From NCBI GenBank assembly GCA_012295275.1, contig CM022679.1:5146001-5210000 (forward strand): a DNA stretch of 64,000 bases, in the 5' to 3' direction. This stretch comes from Chrysomallon squamiferum. Its lineage: Eukaryota > Animalia > Mollusca. Within the stretch, counting starts at the first letter, position 1. Each line of letters starts with the position of its first letter. The notes below the pieces were generated by a model. The model did not search any database. It was not told where the DNA came from and saw only the letters and a list, made by a program, of their open reading frames with translations. Below are positions 1 through 13,358 of the stretch, piece by piece. The position numbers were made by a program, and so were the translations under genes.

Positions 1-476
1 CACACATACACAAATGTACGTAACACACACGAGTGCATAAAACATATGAATCATAAGCATGTATATGTAATTTATATTTTGTTATTAGAACCAGCAAACC
101 AGTTATTAGAAGGTTGAAACAAAAAAAAAAAAAAAAAAGTTAATAATAATAACAAATGAAATTAAATAAAATCAAAATAAGAAATAAATAAGAAATAAAA
201 TCGTAGAAGAAACAAATTATATCTTGCAATCAAAGACCTTGCTGTGTTTTTTCCTCTCTGTGTTAATAAATTACACGTATAAAAAGCACCTGGAAGGGAG
301 ATAACCCAGTATATCAAACAACAAGCAAATGTTCTAACCACCAGACCACCTCAGCAATAACTGGGGATATAAATAACGTGTCGGGTAGACTTGCAGACTA
401 CCGATTTTCCTTTTTCAACTGCTTTTCAAAGTAATGTTTACCACACTTTACAATCTCTTATCTCTTTTATTAAAAC

Positions 477-680
477 ACAATCATCTGACTTTGTCCGAAA
501 CGCTGACGTACAAATTATCTGACGCTATCTAAAATGTTGGCGTACAAACCATTTGACTCTGTCTAAAATGTTGACATACAAATCATCCGACGTTGTCCAA
601 AATGTTGACATTCTGATCTTTTCACGTTGTTTGAAATGTTGACACTGTCATCATTTAACTTTGTCCAGATTGTTGACATA
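477..680. repeat. Degenerate 34-bp tandem minisatellite (~6 units)
   Basis: Units such as CAAATTATCTGACGCTATCTAAAATGTTGGCGTA / CAAACCATTTGACTCTGTCTAAAATGTTGACATA / CAAATCATCCGACGTTGTCCAAAATGTTGACATT recur at a 34-nt period. Confidence 0.75.
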
Positions 681-1094
681 CTGAACCCGTAAGTATGGAC
701 GATCTAGTGTTGGCGTCACGTTTTTTTTTTCTGTCGTAGGTTTTGACCCATTTCCATTGATTCTGGTGACACTAATTGGTCAAATGGGTCGTCCGTTTTG
801 GTTCGAGTAAGTTCTGAGCGCTGTCCGGCCACTTAATACTGTCTTGTCCTTTACATTAACAGATATAATCAGCTGAAGATGGTCGTCACTGCGGTCAAGC
901 TGGCCACGTAAAAACGATCTTTCAAGCAAACACATCACTTTTAAAAGTGTTCAAACTAGACAGAGCACGGTAGTCGGAGAATGCTTTTGTTAGACGTTTG
1001 TAAATAGAAATATAAAGTTTGTGATGAATGAAGATTTGTTTGATCATGTCTCATAATGGCGATGATGATCGCGATGTTGATGGTGATAATAACG

Positions 1095-1136
<42 letters not shown>

Positions 1137-1907
1137 ATCATTATTGCTATTGTTATTACTGTTTTTTTGTTGTCGTCATCATCATCATCATCACCATCAT
1201 TTTTATTTCTGTATTAGTTACCTCCTACTGACACCGTCATACCGCTCGCAAACAACATTCTCTTAAATTGTAGAAAAATGGAAATAGCCAGAATGTGACA
1301 AAGAGAGTTACTTAGAAAGAATGATAAACTGAGAGAATAAAAAAGGGTGAGAGAAAAAGCTTTTCAATGATAGAAGGTCAAAGAATAAGTGAAAGCGACA
1401 GCAATAAACTAATAGAAAAAAAAACACACACGGTAACAACAAACAGAAAACCAGCCGCTAAAATCCAATAATAATAAAACCAACACGATTCTATGCTCGC
1501 TGCTCAAGCGAGAAACACTAAAATTGAACTACATGCGTAGTTGTGTTTAGATACATTTCTCCAACGTCGCTTTCGAAACATCGTACAAAAGCTTCAGACT
1601 TTGCAATTTATCTCGGTTTCTTAGGCGCGCGCGAGCAGATAAAACCGAGCCGATGGAGTCTTAACAAAACCTGCCGTAATCTGACGCTAATAAATTCAGT
1701 TATGACAAAGACTGCATTGAGGTAGAGTCCGTGTTGCATACAGCTGTCGGAATGTGTTGACGCCGAGGTTAATAGGATGTGTATTAAAATCGTGAAACAT
1801 TCTCTCTATCCATGTCAGAGAGCACTGAAGTCTAAAATATTAGGTTTTTGTGCATTTAGGGATTATATTTTTGTTTTGTGTGTGTTAACGTATATGTGCT
1901 TTTTGGA

Positions 1908-1950
<43 letters not shown>

Positions 1951-4217
1951 TGTTGTTTTCTTTTCGTGTGTGCGTGTTTATGTATATGTTAGTGTGTATG
2001 TGTGTGTACGTGACATATATTAGTAAATATTTGTTTGTGTTTATATGTATGTGTGTTTATATGTATGTGTGTGTACGTGACATATATTAGTAAATATTTG
2101 TTTGTGTTTGTATGTATGTGTGTGTATATAAATAAAATAAATAAATAAATAAATAATAAAATAAATAATATATTACAAACACACAAATAGAAGAAAAGCA
2201 GGAAAGAGCCCAGAAACTGGACTTACTGGTTTGTCTCGTATCAGGTGACAGCTATAAGTAAATCAAATTTTTTTTTTCCTTTTGCAGTAGAATAATGTTT
2301 GGTTATCTTCTAGATTAAATATCGTTGTGTCAGTGTGCATGTATGTGTGCGTATATGTGTGTAAATGTGCGTGTGATTGTGTTTGTGTTCGTATGTGTGT
2401 GTGTGCGCACATGTGCGTGTGTTTGCGCGTGTGTGTTGGGTATATTTATATATGTATGTGTGTTCGTGTGGGTGAGTATATGTAAAAACATCAAATTAGC
2501 TGTAAAAAATAGATATAAAACATAAATATTCACATCTCGATTACTACTGAAATTCAGACGATTTCTACAGCCTGCTGTTTTTATAGCTGAGAAAGATTTA
2601 GTTGTACGAAATACACATATTTAAACAGTAAGTCATTTCTCCTACCATCCACGCATCCAGGTTTTAGATGACGTAGGATTATAATATAGTTCATGAATGG
2701 TTGTGACATATTATGTTCTGTTTATGGCTAGAAGTATTTTATTTTAGAATCTTTAAAGTATCTTTTTTTCTTTCTCTCTTTTATTTATTTTTTGTAAATT
2801 TTTTTTTTTTTTAAAGAATCTTTAAAGTATGTTATTTTAGAATCTTGAAAGTATTTTATTTTGAAATCTTCAAAGTATTTTATTTAGATTGTTTAATGGG
2901 TCACAAATAAGTAAGGGTAGTCATTATGGATTTTCTCTTGTACTTTCTTTTATAACAAAATAAAACTGTATATTCATTATTTATAATAGTTAACTTGTAT
3001 TGGCCCAGATAGACATACAATGACATAGGTAGGCTAAAACCAGCTTTATTTCACTGGTAAGAACGTGTGTGTTTGAAACGTGATATGTTACTTTATCGAT
3101 TCTTCTTAACGTGGGTTTTCAGCTATTTGTCATTCTTTCGAGTGCTTCTGAACTCATAAATTAAACACTGCAATATAAGTTTTCCTGTATGAAATGTGCA
3201 ATTTGTGTATAAAAAGCAATATAAAATAAATTCAAGTCATTTTTCAAATAGAATTGATAGATCACATATAAAGTGAAATAGCTTTTTTTCGTTGTTGTAA
3301 TATTATGAACAAGCTGATGTAATATATAGTTTTAATGTGCTAAAATGTACTATTAATCTGACTTTTAATTCCCGTTCGAATCGAGGCTCCTGAACTGGCA
3401 TATACCATTTGCATGTCTATTTAAATATTTTATATATTCTATAATCTGTATATATGTACGTATGCATGTTTGTGTAATGTAGGCATGAACGTGTATATTT
3501 ATATGTGTATTTGTGTATGGATATCTTTGTGTGTTCTTGTGCGTATCAACATCTGTTTGTATTATGTAGACGGATGTAAAAAGTAGAGATGTATGTATGT
3601 ATGTATATGTGTGTGTGTAGAAGTCCGTATGAGCATGTATTACTGGGGATAGAGAGAAAAAGATAGATAAACTGATATAAATGGTTAGAGAGAAGCGAAA
3701 GAGATAAAAAGAGAGACAGAGAGAGACATAGAGAGAGACAGACAAAGAAAAATAGAGAGACGGATGATAAGTTGGGGTTAAAACATGAACTGTCGTCCAC
3801 TTTCTTCACAAGCTTCTACACAGTTTAGAAATCAGTTAACAACACTTCAAAAGTTTCATTAGAAAACATCTAACATACAGTTAACCGCTGTTTCGAGGGT
3901 TCTCAAATATTCGGCAGCAATCGCGTAGGCTTGTAACGACCTAGACATTGGCGGCAATGAAATATTGTTATTTTAATATTTGTTCACTCTCGCTCTCTTC
4001 CTTGATACAATGATAGTATTGCGTTGTAAATAACAATAGGTAAATAAACGTGTGATTATCTCTTCAATTTTACTGTTGTATATAAGACATGGAATGCGAG
4101 CGGGTGGGAGGTGAAAGCCAAGGTTAGCGATAAAGAGAAAGACAGTGACACATACCTGTATTTATCTACTGTATATCTCTCTATCTCTCTGTCTATCTAT
4201 CTGTGTGTATGTCTGTC

Positions 4218-4250
<33 letters not shown>

Positions 4251-4329
4251 CATCTATCTCTCTCTCTATATATATGTATATAAACAAATAAAATTGTTAA
4301 AAAAATCTTAATTAATTTATTCTTAATTA

Positions 4330-5070
4330 CATGTTATGTGCGTGTTTCTCGTTCTGTTGTTGTTTTTATTTTTGAATTACAGGCTATGTCCGTGTTTCTT
4401 GTTCTATTATTATTTTTTATTTTTGAATTACAGGCTATGTCCGTGTTTCTTTATTATTTTTATTTTTTTTTGTTCTGTTCTATTATTTTTTTATTTTTTA
4501 TTACAGGCTATGTCCGTGTTTCTTGTTCTGTTATTATTTTTATTTTTGATTTACAGGCTATGTCCGTGTTTCTTGTTCTATTATTATTTTTTTTTTTTAC
4601 AGGCTATGTCCGTGTTTCTTGTTCTGTTATTATTTTTATTTTTTGGCTATGTCCGTGTTTCTTGTTCTGTTATTATTTTTATTTTTGAATTACAGGCTAT
4701 GTCCGTGTTTCTTGTTCTGTTATTATTTTTATTTTTGATTTACAGGCTATGTCCGTGTTTCTTGTTCTATTATTATTTTTATTTTTGAATTACAGGCTAT
4801 GTCCGTGTTTCTTGTTCTGTTATTATTTTTATTTTTGAATTACAGGCTATGTCCGTGTTTCTTGTTCTGTTATTATTTTTATTTTTGAATTACAGGCTAT
4901 GTCCGTGTTTCTTGTTCTGTTATTATTTTTATTTTTGAATTACAGGCTATGTCCGTGTTATCTTGTTCTATTATTATTTTTTATTTTTGAATTACAGGCT
5001 ATGTCCGTGTTTCTTGTTCTATTATTGTTTTTATTTTTGAATTACAGGCTATGTCCGTGTTTCTTGTTCT
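4330..5070 (+). repeat. ~50-bp minisatellite (15 units) built from the TMEM26 3' splice site and exon start
   Basis: Unit TACAGGCTATGTCCGTGTTTCTTGTTCTGTTATTATTTTTATTTTTGAAT. TACAG occurs at 4378, 4429, 4502, 4552, 4598, 4691, 4741, 4791, 4841, 4891, 4941, 4993 and 5043, plus two degenerate units (~4330, ~4645). The last unit runs into the real exon. Confidence 0.95.
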
Positions 5071-5174
5071 ACCTGCTGAGCACCGTACCAAACATCTGGC
5101 TCCTGGAAATCAGCAGCATGAACAAGTTTGGAAACATCAACTCTTCTGCCATACAGGAGATAGAAATAAGCGGG
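5048..5174 (+). CDS. TMEM26: Transmembrane protein 26, internal coding exon
   Basis: ttacag|G...AGCGGG|gtacgt. Encodes (x)LCPCFLFYLLSTVPNIWLLEISSMNKFGNINSSAIQEIEISG, matching the TMEM26 'P.xFLYL.S.VP..WLLE' segment. Joins in frame (phase 0) to the exon at 5814. No convincing upstream coding exon was found in the window. Confidence 0.85.
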
Positions 5175-5685
5175 GTACGTTTTTATTAACACACACACAT
5201 ATACGTGACAGTACATGTGAGTGGGTCTAAAACATCCTTTGTACCTCCTAATTATTGTTTTGAATTTTTTTGATTGGGGTGTTCTATCATCGTTCATAAC
5301 AAAATATGACAATAAAAAAATACTGTTGCAATGAAGTTATACATTTCGGATAAATCAGTTCCAATGATATGTACTTTTTTTTTTTTTTATAAATTTCTAC
5401 GGAATACCCCCCCAAGAAATAAAAAAAACAAAATACCCCCCCAAAAAACAAACAAACCAAAACAAACAAAACAAAAACAAACAAAAACAAACAAACAAAC
5501 AAAACAAAAACAACAACATTATGGAACATCAGTAAATGTCCTGGTTCATTAACTGTGTAAGTCTTTAGCTACAACAACGACAAAGAAACCAACAACAACA
5601 ACAGCAACAACAACAATAACCGCAACAGCAGCAGCAGCAGCAGCAACAACAACAACAACAACAATACTACTACTAATAATAACAA

Positions 5686-5749
<64 letters not shown>

Positions 5750-5813
5750 GACAATGACAATCCTTTCGTGTTCTTCAACAACCGTTAACACTGAGGCACG
5801 TTACACGTTGCAG

Positions 5814-6878
5814 GTGAAGATTCCGATTCGACTCGACGCTGACACGTGGAAGCTGGTCGTCGAGGAGTCTCTGCTGTACTTGATGATCCTCGGCCGCTGG
5901 TTCCTGCCGCGCGGCCACGTCACCCGCGAGCAGCTGTCCGAGCTCCTCTTCGCCTTCATCGGCATCGCCTCCGACATCATGGAGCTGTTCGCGCTGTTCG
6001 ACGAGAAGCAGGTGAGGTCGAGCGCTTCGATGACGTTCGCGCTGCTCGGCATCTGGAGCTGGAGCATCCTCCAGTTCACGCTGGTCGTCACGGTGTCGCA
6101 GAGGCCGAAGCGGAGACGCATTCAGAGGATTCAGGGCGCGGGTGAGGACGAGGTCAATAAGGTCTTGTTTGAAATCATCGGAATATTCATCAGCCTGTTC
6201 ATGCAGGACATTCCTTTCCTCGTCCTGAGGCTCTACACGATGATCACGTTCGACCTGGTCAAGTACAGCCTGGTGTTCTTCACGGCCAAGAACGTGCTGG
6301 TGATCCTGCTGCTGTGGTACAGGCTCATCATCATGTGCGCCAACCAGTACTGCAAGAAAGGCCGGCGACTCCGAAGCAAGGCGTCGTCGACGATGCCCCT
6401 GGACACCGTCGTGGCCGGCCTGGACAACTACACCCGCTTCGACGACGTCGTCGACGAGCAGATGTTCGAAGTGGACAACGACAACTTCGTCGACGACAAC
6501 GAAAAAATGATGTTCGGGATAGCGAACAGCGACTTCAAGGCAGAGAACATGGTGGATCTGGATCAAGTGGCCGAGGGGGGCGGGGACAAGAAAACGAGTC
6601 AGAAGCAGAAGACGAAGGCGGACAGCTCGGCGGTGATGTCCGTGGACGAGCCGAAGGAGATTCTGGACCAAGAGAAGAATCGCGACAGGACGCCCGAAAC
6701 CGCGGACGTGATCGGACTGAAGGACTTCACCAAGTCCAGAACGGACACGATGCTGTCGACAGTGGAGGAGTCGCCCGAAAACGAGGACGTCAACATGAAC
6801 GTTCAGTCCGAGGAGAATTCCCAAAACAAGGAAGAGGTGGCTCAGAAACACGTAACCGTTTTAGATATACGCCTGTAG
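5814..6878 (+). CDS. TMEM26: Transmembrane protein 26, terminal coding exon with long acidic C-terminal tail
   Basis: ttgcag|GTGAAG... to TAG at 6876-6878. Contains GRWFLPRGHVTREQLSELLFAFIGIASDIMELF, WSWSILQFTL, QDIPFLVLRL and VFFTAKNVLVILL, all hallmark TMEM26 family motifs. Strong GC3 codon bias. Confidence 0.92.
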   Translation: MKIPIRLDADTWKLVVEESLLYLMILGRWFLPRGHVTREQLSELLFAFIGIASDIMELFALFDEKQVRSSASMTFALLGIWSWSILQFTLVVTVSQRPKRRRIQRIQGAGEDEVNKVLFEIIGIFISLFMQDIPFLVLRLYTMITFDLVKYSLVFFTAKNVLVILLLWYRLIIMCANQYCKKGRRLRSKASSTMPLDTVVAGLDNYTRFDDVVDEQMFEVDNDNFVDDNEKMMFGIANSDFKAENMVDLDQVAEGGGDKKTSQKQKTKADSSAVMSVDEPKEILDQEKNRDRTPETADVIGLKDFTKSRTDTMLSTVEESPENEDVNMNVQSEENSQNKEEVAQKHVTVLDIRL

Positions 6879-7030
6879 GAGAAATTTAGAACTGAGAAAA
6901 ATAATATTTTCCAATTAAGTGTTTAAAAATAAGTTTCAATTATTTTTTCTTCTTCTTCCTTTTTATTTTTTTTTTATTTTTATTTTTTTATCCATTGAAT
7001 GCAAATGCAGTATAAAGACTTGGTCGGCTG

Positions 7031-7198
<168 letters not shown>

Positions 7199-7562
7199 CT
7201 GTTGCTTTCATAATTACATTTCTGGTAAGAGTGCCTTAGCACTAATTAAAATTTAACATATTAGTATTACATTTTGAAAATCGTCATGTTTTAATATCAG
7301 TGTCATTTGTTTAAAATGTATTATAAAGACTTAGTTAATTTGTAAAAATCGCGTCAAACAACCTTCACTTTTATATCAAATGAAAACGTTTAAGACAGCA
7401 GCAGCTTAGTCAGTATAGTTATTATCTATTCATAATGTGATAATTTATGCATTTAGTTTTAATCATCCTTTCACCTGTCTAGTTAAATAGATACGCTGTA
7501 TCGTCTCTTGAAACTTTGTTTATATCATCCCAAAAAGCGATCTACTTAAACATATTTAATTG

Positions 7563-7601
<39 letters not shown>

Positions 7602-7610
7602 TATTATTGC

Positions 7611-7674
<64 letters not shown>

Positions 7675-9034
7675 TAATCGGATCAGGTTATTTGAAATTA
7701 ATTACCCAAACTTTCGTCGCAGTCTACTTAATTCTAATCATAACAGCTAATGACACGTTCTACTTAAACTCGTTCAGATTTATCATCTACTGGATCAGTC
7801 TTTTGTAGTTACGCTGTCTTCTGAGGATGTCTACAAGTGTATCTATCTGTGGCGCCTCTTTAATTGATTTTTTAAATATTTGTTTAATTAGTTTTCGCCT
7901 TCATGTGTGTGTTTTCGAAATCCTGTAAGATAAAGCGCTTTACTTAAGCCGGCTGATGTGTATGTTAATAAACCGTTCACGACAATCACACAAATGTTTG
8001 TTTATATCATAATCAAAAATATCTGAAAATTTATTGATTGCATTTGTCCTTGAAATCCTATTTTTTTCTTTTGTATTTTTTTTTTTTTTTTTTCGTTTTG
8101 TTTTAGAATGTGAATTTTTATGGATGATGTTGAATAATGGGATAATAAGCCGAAGTTCATTTTTAAAAATATTTTATAAATTCAGATGATATTCAATATT
8201 CATTACTTTATTAATATGACTACAACTCCAAAGCATATATAAAAAACACTTGTTATTATTATTTTTAAGACAGTTAGCTAAAAAAACAACAACACATAAA
8301 TGAAACAAATCTATAAATTTAAAATAACAAGTCTAAAATAACTGTAGCATCATTGAACATGGTAAATATACAGCATTTTTACATCAGCAAATGAAAATGC
8401 AACTTTAGCATTTTTGGTATATGTATGAAACATTATTTTTATATATTATAAACACTGCTTTCTGAAATTAACAACTTTATAATCTCATTTAATAAAACAG
8501 ATGACTATATAAAAGTAACTGTAGAGGAAAAAAATAAATAAATAAAAAAACAATGAAGAAGAAAAGTTACAAACTAGTCGCACGTCCTCCTAAAGCGTAA
8601 ACCAATCATTTCTGCCTGCGACTTAATATCCTTTTTGTGGAAACTTGTCACATCATCATTATTATCGTTTTTTTCAACAAAGCATTTGTCTTTATATGTT
8701 GCCAGACAATCTCCGATGTAGTTGTATAATTGTAGTATAAATAGCATAATTATAGCATTAGTATTATGTTTATAGTATCAATATCACAATTATAGTATTT
8801 GTATTATAATTTTAGTATTAGCATTATAATAGTAGTAATGTAATTATAGTATTAGTATGATAATTAGAGATTAGTACTATAATTATGTTATAAGCATCAT
8901 ACTTATGATATTAGAACTATACACTAATGGTATTATGATTATGATATAGGACTATACAGTATTAATATTATGTGTGTGTGTATTCATTACCTACTTACTA
9001 TACATGACAGTATCAGGGTTACAGAAAGAAAACG

Positions 9035-9720
9035 AAAATATGAACGGTTGCAACTGTACACATGGTTATACCATATTAATATGTATGGTTGCGATATTGT
9101 GTATAATCATATAAATGGTTGCACTGTATAGAAGTTTTAAAAATGTGAATGGTTGCTCTGTTACACTAAAACTTACAAAGCTTTATAAAAATAGTAACTC
9201 ATAATTATACAGTAACATAAATGGTTACGATAGTGTATACACATTTTAAAAATGTCAGTGACTACCATATTATGTCACATTATGACATTTCTGTGTAATG
9301 TTTAAAAATATAAATTATTATGAAAAGTTGATATCATTGAAAATGGTTATAAAGCTTTACAAAACAATAATTTGAATGGCTGCAATTGTATACACGATTA
9401 AACAATAATGTGAATAATCATTATTTTGTATAAAACAATAATACGAACGGTTGTAATTGTATACAGTTGTTTAATAATATGAATGGTTGCGATATTGTAT
9501 AAAAGAATAAAACTAATGCTTTCAACTGTATACAGTAAAAGTACGAATGGGTTACGATACAGCATAAAAAAGTAACGTGGTTACTATTGTAATTGTAATG
9601 TAATACTATGAATGGTTACGACATTGTGAAAAATAATACGAATGGATGATGCTATTGTGCTCGACATTGTACAATGGCTTTATGATTGGTAGTAATTGTA
9701 CACAAAGTTATAAGATGATG
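9035..9720. repeat. Degenerate, irregularly spaced satellite-like repeat
   Basis: The motif TATGAATGGTTGC...ATTGTATA and close variants recur more than ten times with variable spacing. Confidence 0.55.
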
Positions 9721-10920
9721 TACAAAAGATTATGAAATGATAATGTGAATAGTAATAGTGTTAAATGAAGATGCTACGTTGTATTTGCATACATAGATAT
9801 GAAATAAAATTATGAATGCTTATAATAATGTAAATGATGTGTTACGAGAACTTTAGTATCTGTATCTGTTTGACGTTATGACATATATGTAATCCTAATA
9901 TATTTTTACAAACTGTAATATTAAAATGGTACTTCTAATAAATATTTGTATCTACAACTCAATAATTCAAACCTATATATTTGTTTCTATATACCGATAT
10001 GTTTATCTATTTGTTTATCTATCTTTCTGTCCATCTGTCTGTCTCATTGTCTGTCTGTCTGTCTGTCTCTCTCTTTCTCTCCCTCTCCCTCTCCCTCCCT
10101 CCCTCCCTCCCTCCTCCCCCCTCCCTCCCTCTCCTCCTCCTCTCTCTCCTCTCTCCTCTCTCTCTCTCCTCTCTCCTCCCCCTCTCTCCCTCCCTCTCTT
10201 TCTCTGTCTGTCTGTCTGTCTGTCTGTCTACCTACCTGGATATATATCTTTCTAAAACTAATTCTAGACACAAAATGAAAATTGCGATTTCGGCAATATC
10301 CTTTCTGTTGACCTACATCTCTCCAGTTTACCCCCTTTTTTTTAAAAATATACATTACAAAATAATTTCTCAAAATAAACGACACTAAATGTCATTCCAA
10401 TGAATACCGCGCGTGTTGTATGTTCACTAGCGTCATGCGTTGTTTGGTTGCGTGTCTACGTGAAGGAAAACGTGCGCATTAATTAACCCATATGACAGTC
10501 GGTGAACATCTGATGTCTCGTCTTGGAAACTGCTAATAAAATCTAATAATGTGTTAATTACGTGATGTTGGGATGCTGTTTACAAGACAGTGGTAATGAC
10601 CGAAATAAAACTAACGTTGGCTCGCTAACTTTTCCACCTACACGTATATAGGTAGACCCACACCAGTCGTTTGAAATAACTCCGATACCAGTATATATAT
10701 AAATATATATATATACAAATGTACATATATACACACATACATACATACACACACACATACATACATACATACATATACACGTACATACATAATACACGTA
10801 CATACATATACACGTACATACATCATTCACACATACGTATATACATACATACGCACGTACACATATGAATATACATACATTACTATGTGCAATCAATGCT
10901 TATTTTGAATGTGTGTTGGT

Positions 10921-10959
<39 letters not shown>

Positions 10960-11920
10960 GTACATACATATTCTCATGAAATCAGGAGTATTAAATTGTA
11001 CTAAATTTTAGGAGCACGATTTCGGAACAGCCAAGAAGAAGTCTGATAAAGGACGACAAAGGAGAATGTAACTGAAGAATGATCAGTTTATATAACGTTC
11101 AGTTCCATTACAGTTTGTAAGACCATTAAATGGGAATTTTCTGACACGCAAAGAAAACGTTAATACGCTTTGTGCCAGTAAAAGAGAAAAATGACTTACA
11201 GATAAACCAAATTACCACGGCCATAAAGAAATTGCGTTCGCCGTCTTATTATGTATGATATCTTAGAAATAAGACGTAGTTTTATGCGGAAAGTTCAAGA
11301 CAGAAAGCAAAACTCAATACCATAACAGTAATGGTTTTAAATGATTATTATTATTTTTGTGTTTACTGCATAATTTGGTAATTAATGGGTACCGTGCAGC
11401 ATAATTCTGACATGTTTTTTGTACTGACTGGCACCCTGTAATTATAGACTGGTGTGGTTTCCTGCAGAGAACTAATTTTGGTGACGTAATACACGTGGTC
11501 GTTTTCGTAACTTTCTCAGACTCTGACTGACAGTTACAAGCAGTGAAATTGTTACAGAAAAACACTTGGATGGACCCTAATGAATCTCTCTATCTGTCTG
11601 TCTGTCTGTCGGACTATCTATCTATATATGTCTATGTGTTTGTGTATATGTGCATGTGTACGTGTGTATGCGTGGGTGTATATATATATATATATATATA
11701 TATGGCAGGGATATCAGGGGCTCGCACGCATTCGAAGCATTCGTCTTGGATGTGTAAATACCAATGCATCTGCTGCATTCGAGATTTAAAACAATTTCGT
11801 TAGGTGGGGCAACTGTGTCCTGAACCCTTCTGCAACTGTGTCGACAATGCACCATCCCATATAAATGTCAGCGAACAAGCCTGCTATGTCTCTGTATATG
11901 TATGTATGTATGTATGTATG

Positions 11921-11952
<32 letters not shown>

Positions 11953-12928
11953 TGTATGTATGTATGTATGTATGTGTGTATGTATGTATGTAAGCTAGTT
12001 TCAGGTTGATCAAAACGCGAGGTAAACATAATCGCTGGTTTTCCCTGTTGGTGCCCGCCACGTAAGGGAAAGATAATTCGCCTAACTTGTGTACTGCCGT
12101 ATTGCGTGCAGACTGCAAAAGTCATCAGTTGTGTGTAAGTTAAAAATTGTCGATAACAGTTTTCTCTCGTGACAAATGGACGTCAGGAACACATGCAAAT
12201 ATCACCTGGGTATGTTTTTAACGGCTGAAAATTAAATTGTGCGTCTGATAGTCAAGGATGATATAAAAATATTGTGACATTGAGAAAAGTGTTTTATATA
12301 CCAGTGTGTTTTGCTCATATTAAAAACACGTTTCTAAGACATGCCTCTAAAAAAAAAAGAGAACAAAAACAAAGGTATGTCGGTGTGTGTGTTTGTGTGT
12401 CTGTATATATGTGTGCGCGTATCTGTGTGTATCAGTATATGTTTGTAAGTAAGTATGTAAGTAAGTAAGTAAGGATAAATGTATTAATATATGTATATAT
12501 TCATACACAAACCTAAAGTTTAATAGAGTAAGCATTTTATAATTATTCTCATAAACGTATTTTTATTACCATTAGCATTCGATTAATCAATAATATTTAT
12601 ATCAGTTTAATTTGTTTATTACTGTCATTAGCATTCATCATTTAAAAAATACAGCTGGAGCAATAAATCATATTAGTAGATAAAAAAAATCTCATAATAG
12701 ACAATGAATATTTTTATAGTAATTTTAATAATGCCAGTAATAATACTTAATAGCGATGCTGTTAAAATCTTGATCGAAAACATCAGTTATGACCATTGTT
12801 TTTTAATTTGATATATCACATTTCCTATTATTTTATAAACAAAATAAATAAATTTATTATTACATATATATGAAACTAGTTTCCCATCTGAATCCTCATA
12901 ATTAAAAATAAAATGCAGTTTTGTTGTC

Positions 12929-12963
<35 letters not shown>

Positions 12964-13264
12964 GACACACACACAGACACACACAGACACACGCACACAC
13001 ACAAATGTGAAACTGAGTTAATCCTACGGATAGATAAAAAAGAAAATATATTTTTTTTAATTAAGGTCCCACTGAACAAATATATACTATACTATTATAT
13101 CGTTTATCAATAGAGATCACACAGATACTAAAATAGGTAACCTCTATAATTAATAATAGTGGTTAACTCTCTCTTTTTCCTCCTTTTTTTTCGCAAACAG
13201 AAAAAAGTACACATAACCATTTTAAAAACATTTATATACACGCACATAAATCGGTAGAGGAGCA

Positions 13265-13358
13265 CACGCTGGAACGAGAAATACCTTCAATGCGCGTTGA
13301 CGAAGGTTTGATCTCTAATCTTTCTGAGCACGTTCCTGCGTCTAACCAGTCAGCCACA
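13265..13358 (-). mobile_element. Possible decayed tRNA-derived SINE head
   Basis: The minus strand reads GTGGCTGACTGGTTAG (A-box-like) followed ~30 nt later by GATCAAACC (B-box-like, one mismatch). No intact cloverleaf. Confidence 0.3.

Noticed and set aside
290-352. tRNA-like 5' end on minus strand (GGTGGTCTGGTGGTTAG)
   Set aside because: No B box or cloverleaf. At most a very decayed SINE fragment, so not called as a tRNA.
4330-5070. CRISPR-like appearance of the regular ~50-bp array
   Set aside because: The intervening sequences are near-identical T-rich tracts, not unique spacers. Eukaryotic intron-containing context and no cas genes.
5775-6851. 358-aa antisense ORF and other overlapping ORFs over the TMEM26 exon
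   Set aside because: Shadow ORFs caused by the high GC3 of the sense gene. No recognisable motifs.
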